Assembly (NCBI GenBank): GCA_002269645.1 | Contig: NIVC01002153.1 | Location: forward strand, 135,595-199,594 | Source: Macrostomum lignano | Lineage: Eukaryota | Direction of reading: 5' to 3' | DNA length: 64,000 nucleotides | Shown: piece after piece, positions 63,001 to 64,000 of the stretch | How positions within the stretch are numbered: position 1 is the stretch's first letter | Layout of the letters: each line of letters opens with the position of its first letter | Notes under the pieces: generated by a model | What the model was told of the DNA's origin: nothing | The model's input: only the letters and a program-made list of their open reading frames with translations | The model's database searches: none | Made by a program: the position numbers and the translations under genes

Positions 63001-63758
63001 ATGATCCCAAAGGTCCCTATGATCCCAAGATCACAATGATCCCAAGATCCCTATTATCTTAAGATCCCTATCATTCCAAGATCCCTATGATCCCAAGATC
63101 CCTAAGATCCCAATGATCTTTTTGATCCCAAGATCCCTATGATCTTTTTGATTCCAAGATCCCTATAATCCCAAGATCCCTGTGATCTCAAGATCCCACT
63201 GATCCCAAGATCCCTATGATCATAAGATCCCTATGATCTCAAAATCCAATGATCCTAAGATCCCAATGATCCAAGATCCCGATGATCCAAGATTCCTATT
63301 ATCCCAAGATCCCAAAGATCCATATGATCCCAAGATCCCTATTATCCCAAGATCACTATTATTCTAAGATCACAATAATTCCAACGATCCAAATGATCCC
63401 AAGATGCCATTGATCCCAATATTTCTGTGATTCCGTATTCCTATAAAATTATAGAATCCTATAATCTATATAACCCCCGTGATTCGAATCCAGTTTGTTA
63501 TTGATCCCAGTTAGGCCTAGAATTAATCTAATCTAGGCCTAGAAATGAATCTAATCGCCAAATTAAATTTTTTCGTTATTTCATCTACTTTAAGTAGTAA
63601 ATCCACTTCACCGCCAGGTCATCCCAGCCAAGTCCTGTCTGGTGTTTTGCCAAGTCAAAAAAGTCTGCGAATCCGTGGCCAACCTCTTAGCCAAGTATCT
63701 GCCGCGTCGCCTGGCAACGGCTTCTGGCGTTGGCGATGACGTCTATCGGAGAAGACAG
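57006..63758 (+). CDS. HELQ: HELQ (Hel308/mus301) SF2 DNA helicase, exons 1-4, continues beyond the window
   Basis: Exons 57006-57597, 58819-59255, 62607-62922, 63618-63758. Motifs [64 protein letters not shown]. One apparent extra base near 62627. Confidence 0.92.
57680..58750 (+). repeat. 22-24-bp minisatellite AAGAATCGGCCATTGTCCACTTCT (HELQ intron 1)
   Basis: Tandem repetition. Confidence 0.95.
59395..62480 (+). repeat. 23-bp minisatellite, two domains (ACTATCCAGAGGATCACCCATTA then ACTATCCAGAGAATCGCCCATAG), HELQ intron 2
   Basis: 3-kb tandem array with a variant switch at about 60810. Confidence 0.97.
62985..63420 (+). repeat. ~17-bp degenerate repeat GATCCCAAGATCCCTAT (HELQ intron 3)
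   Basis: Tandem repetition. Confidence 0.88.
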
Positions 63759-63814
63759 GTTAATTGATTATTTCAGTTAGCGCATAATTTCCCGAGCCTT
63801 CAGGTTTAGCTGTC

Positions 63815-64000
63815 GCCAGTTCCTCCCAATCTTCAGGCTCAGTTCCTCTCATCTTCAGGCACAGTTCCTCCCAATCTTCAGGCACAGTTCTCCAATCTTC
63901 AGGCAAGTTCCTCCCAATCTTCAGGCTCAGTTCCTCCCAATCTTCAGGCACAGTTCCTCCCAATCTTCAGGCACAGTTCCTCCCAATCTTCAGGCACAGT
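63815..64000 (+). repeat. 23-bp minisatellite GTTCCTCCCAATCTTCAGGCACA (HELQ intron 4, runs off the window)
   Basis: Tandem repetition. Confidence 0.92.

Overview
Eukaryotic animal genomic DNA with GT-AG introns and very dense, locus-specific 12-41 bp minisatellites. The architecture resembles a repeat-rich flatworm such as Macrostomum; this taxonomy is inference only. Most long ORFs in the track are read-throughs of tandem repeats. Genes I could rebuild by hand from splice sites and phase: a single-exon RFamide neuropeptide precursor (4016-4339 +), two tandem 4-exon i-type lysozymes (7153-9096 and 12566-13290 +), two paralogous C14orf93-like genes on the minus strand (gene A 16913-20165; gene B 22471-38902), a syntaxin-7/12 (42039-43922 -) and the 5' part of HELQ (57006 to beyond the window end, +). 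Mobile DNA: a Crypton-like tyrosine-recombinase exon, a decayed mariner, a 5'-truncated RTE-like LINE with TSD, a Phantom-type MULE with foldback-like TIRs that also holds a P/THAP9-like fragment, and an intact 252-bp MITE. Two main discoveries, both invisible to the ORF track. (1) Gene B has a tandem array of 8-9 homologous, frame-incompatible alternative exons (34661-37086) where paralog A has a single 107-nt exon. This looks like a Dscam/lola-style mutually exclusive cassette that swaps a basic/aromatic, putative nucleic-acid-binding helix. (2) A Pol II non-coding host transcript (CCAAT x3, TATA, Inr, splice donor) sits antisense inside gene B's long intron. Its first intron contains 6-7 miRNA-like hairpins, four of which share a 5p arm and carry a CNNC motif at the expected distance.
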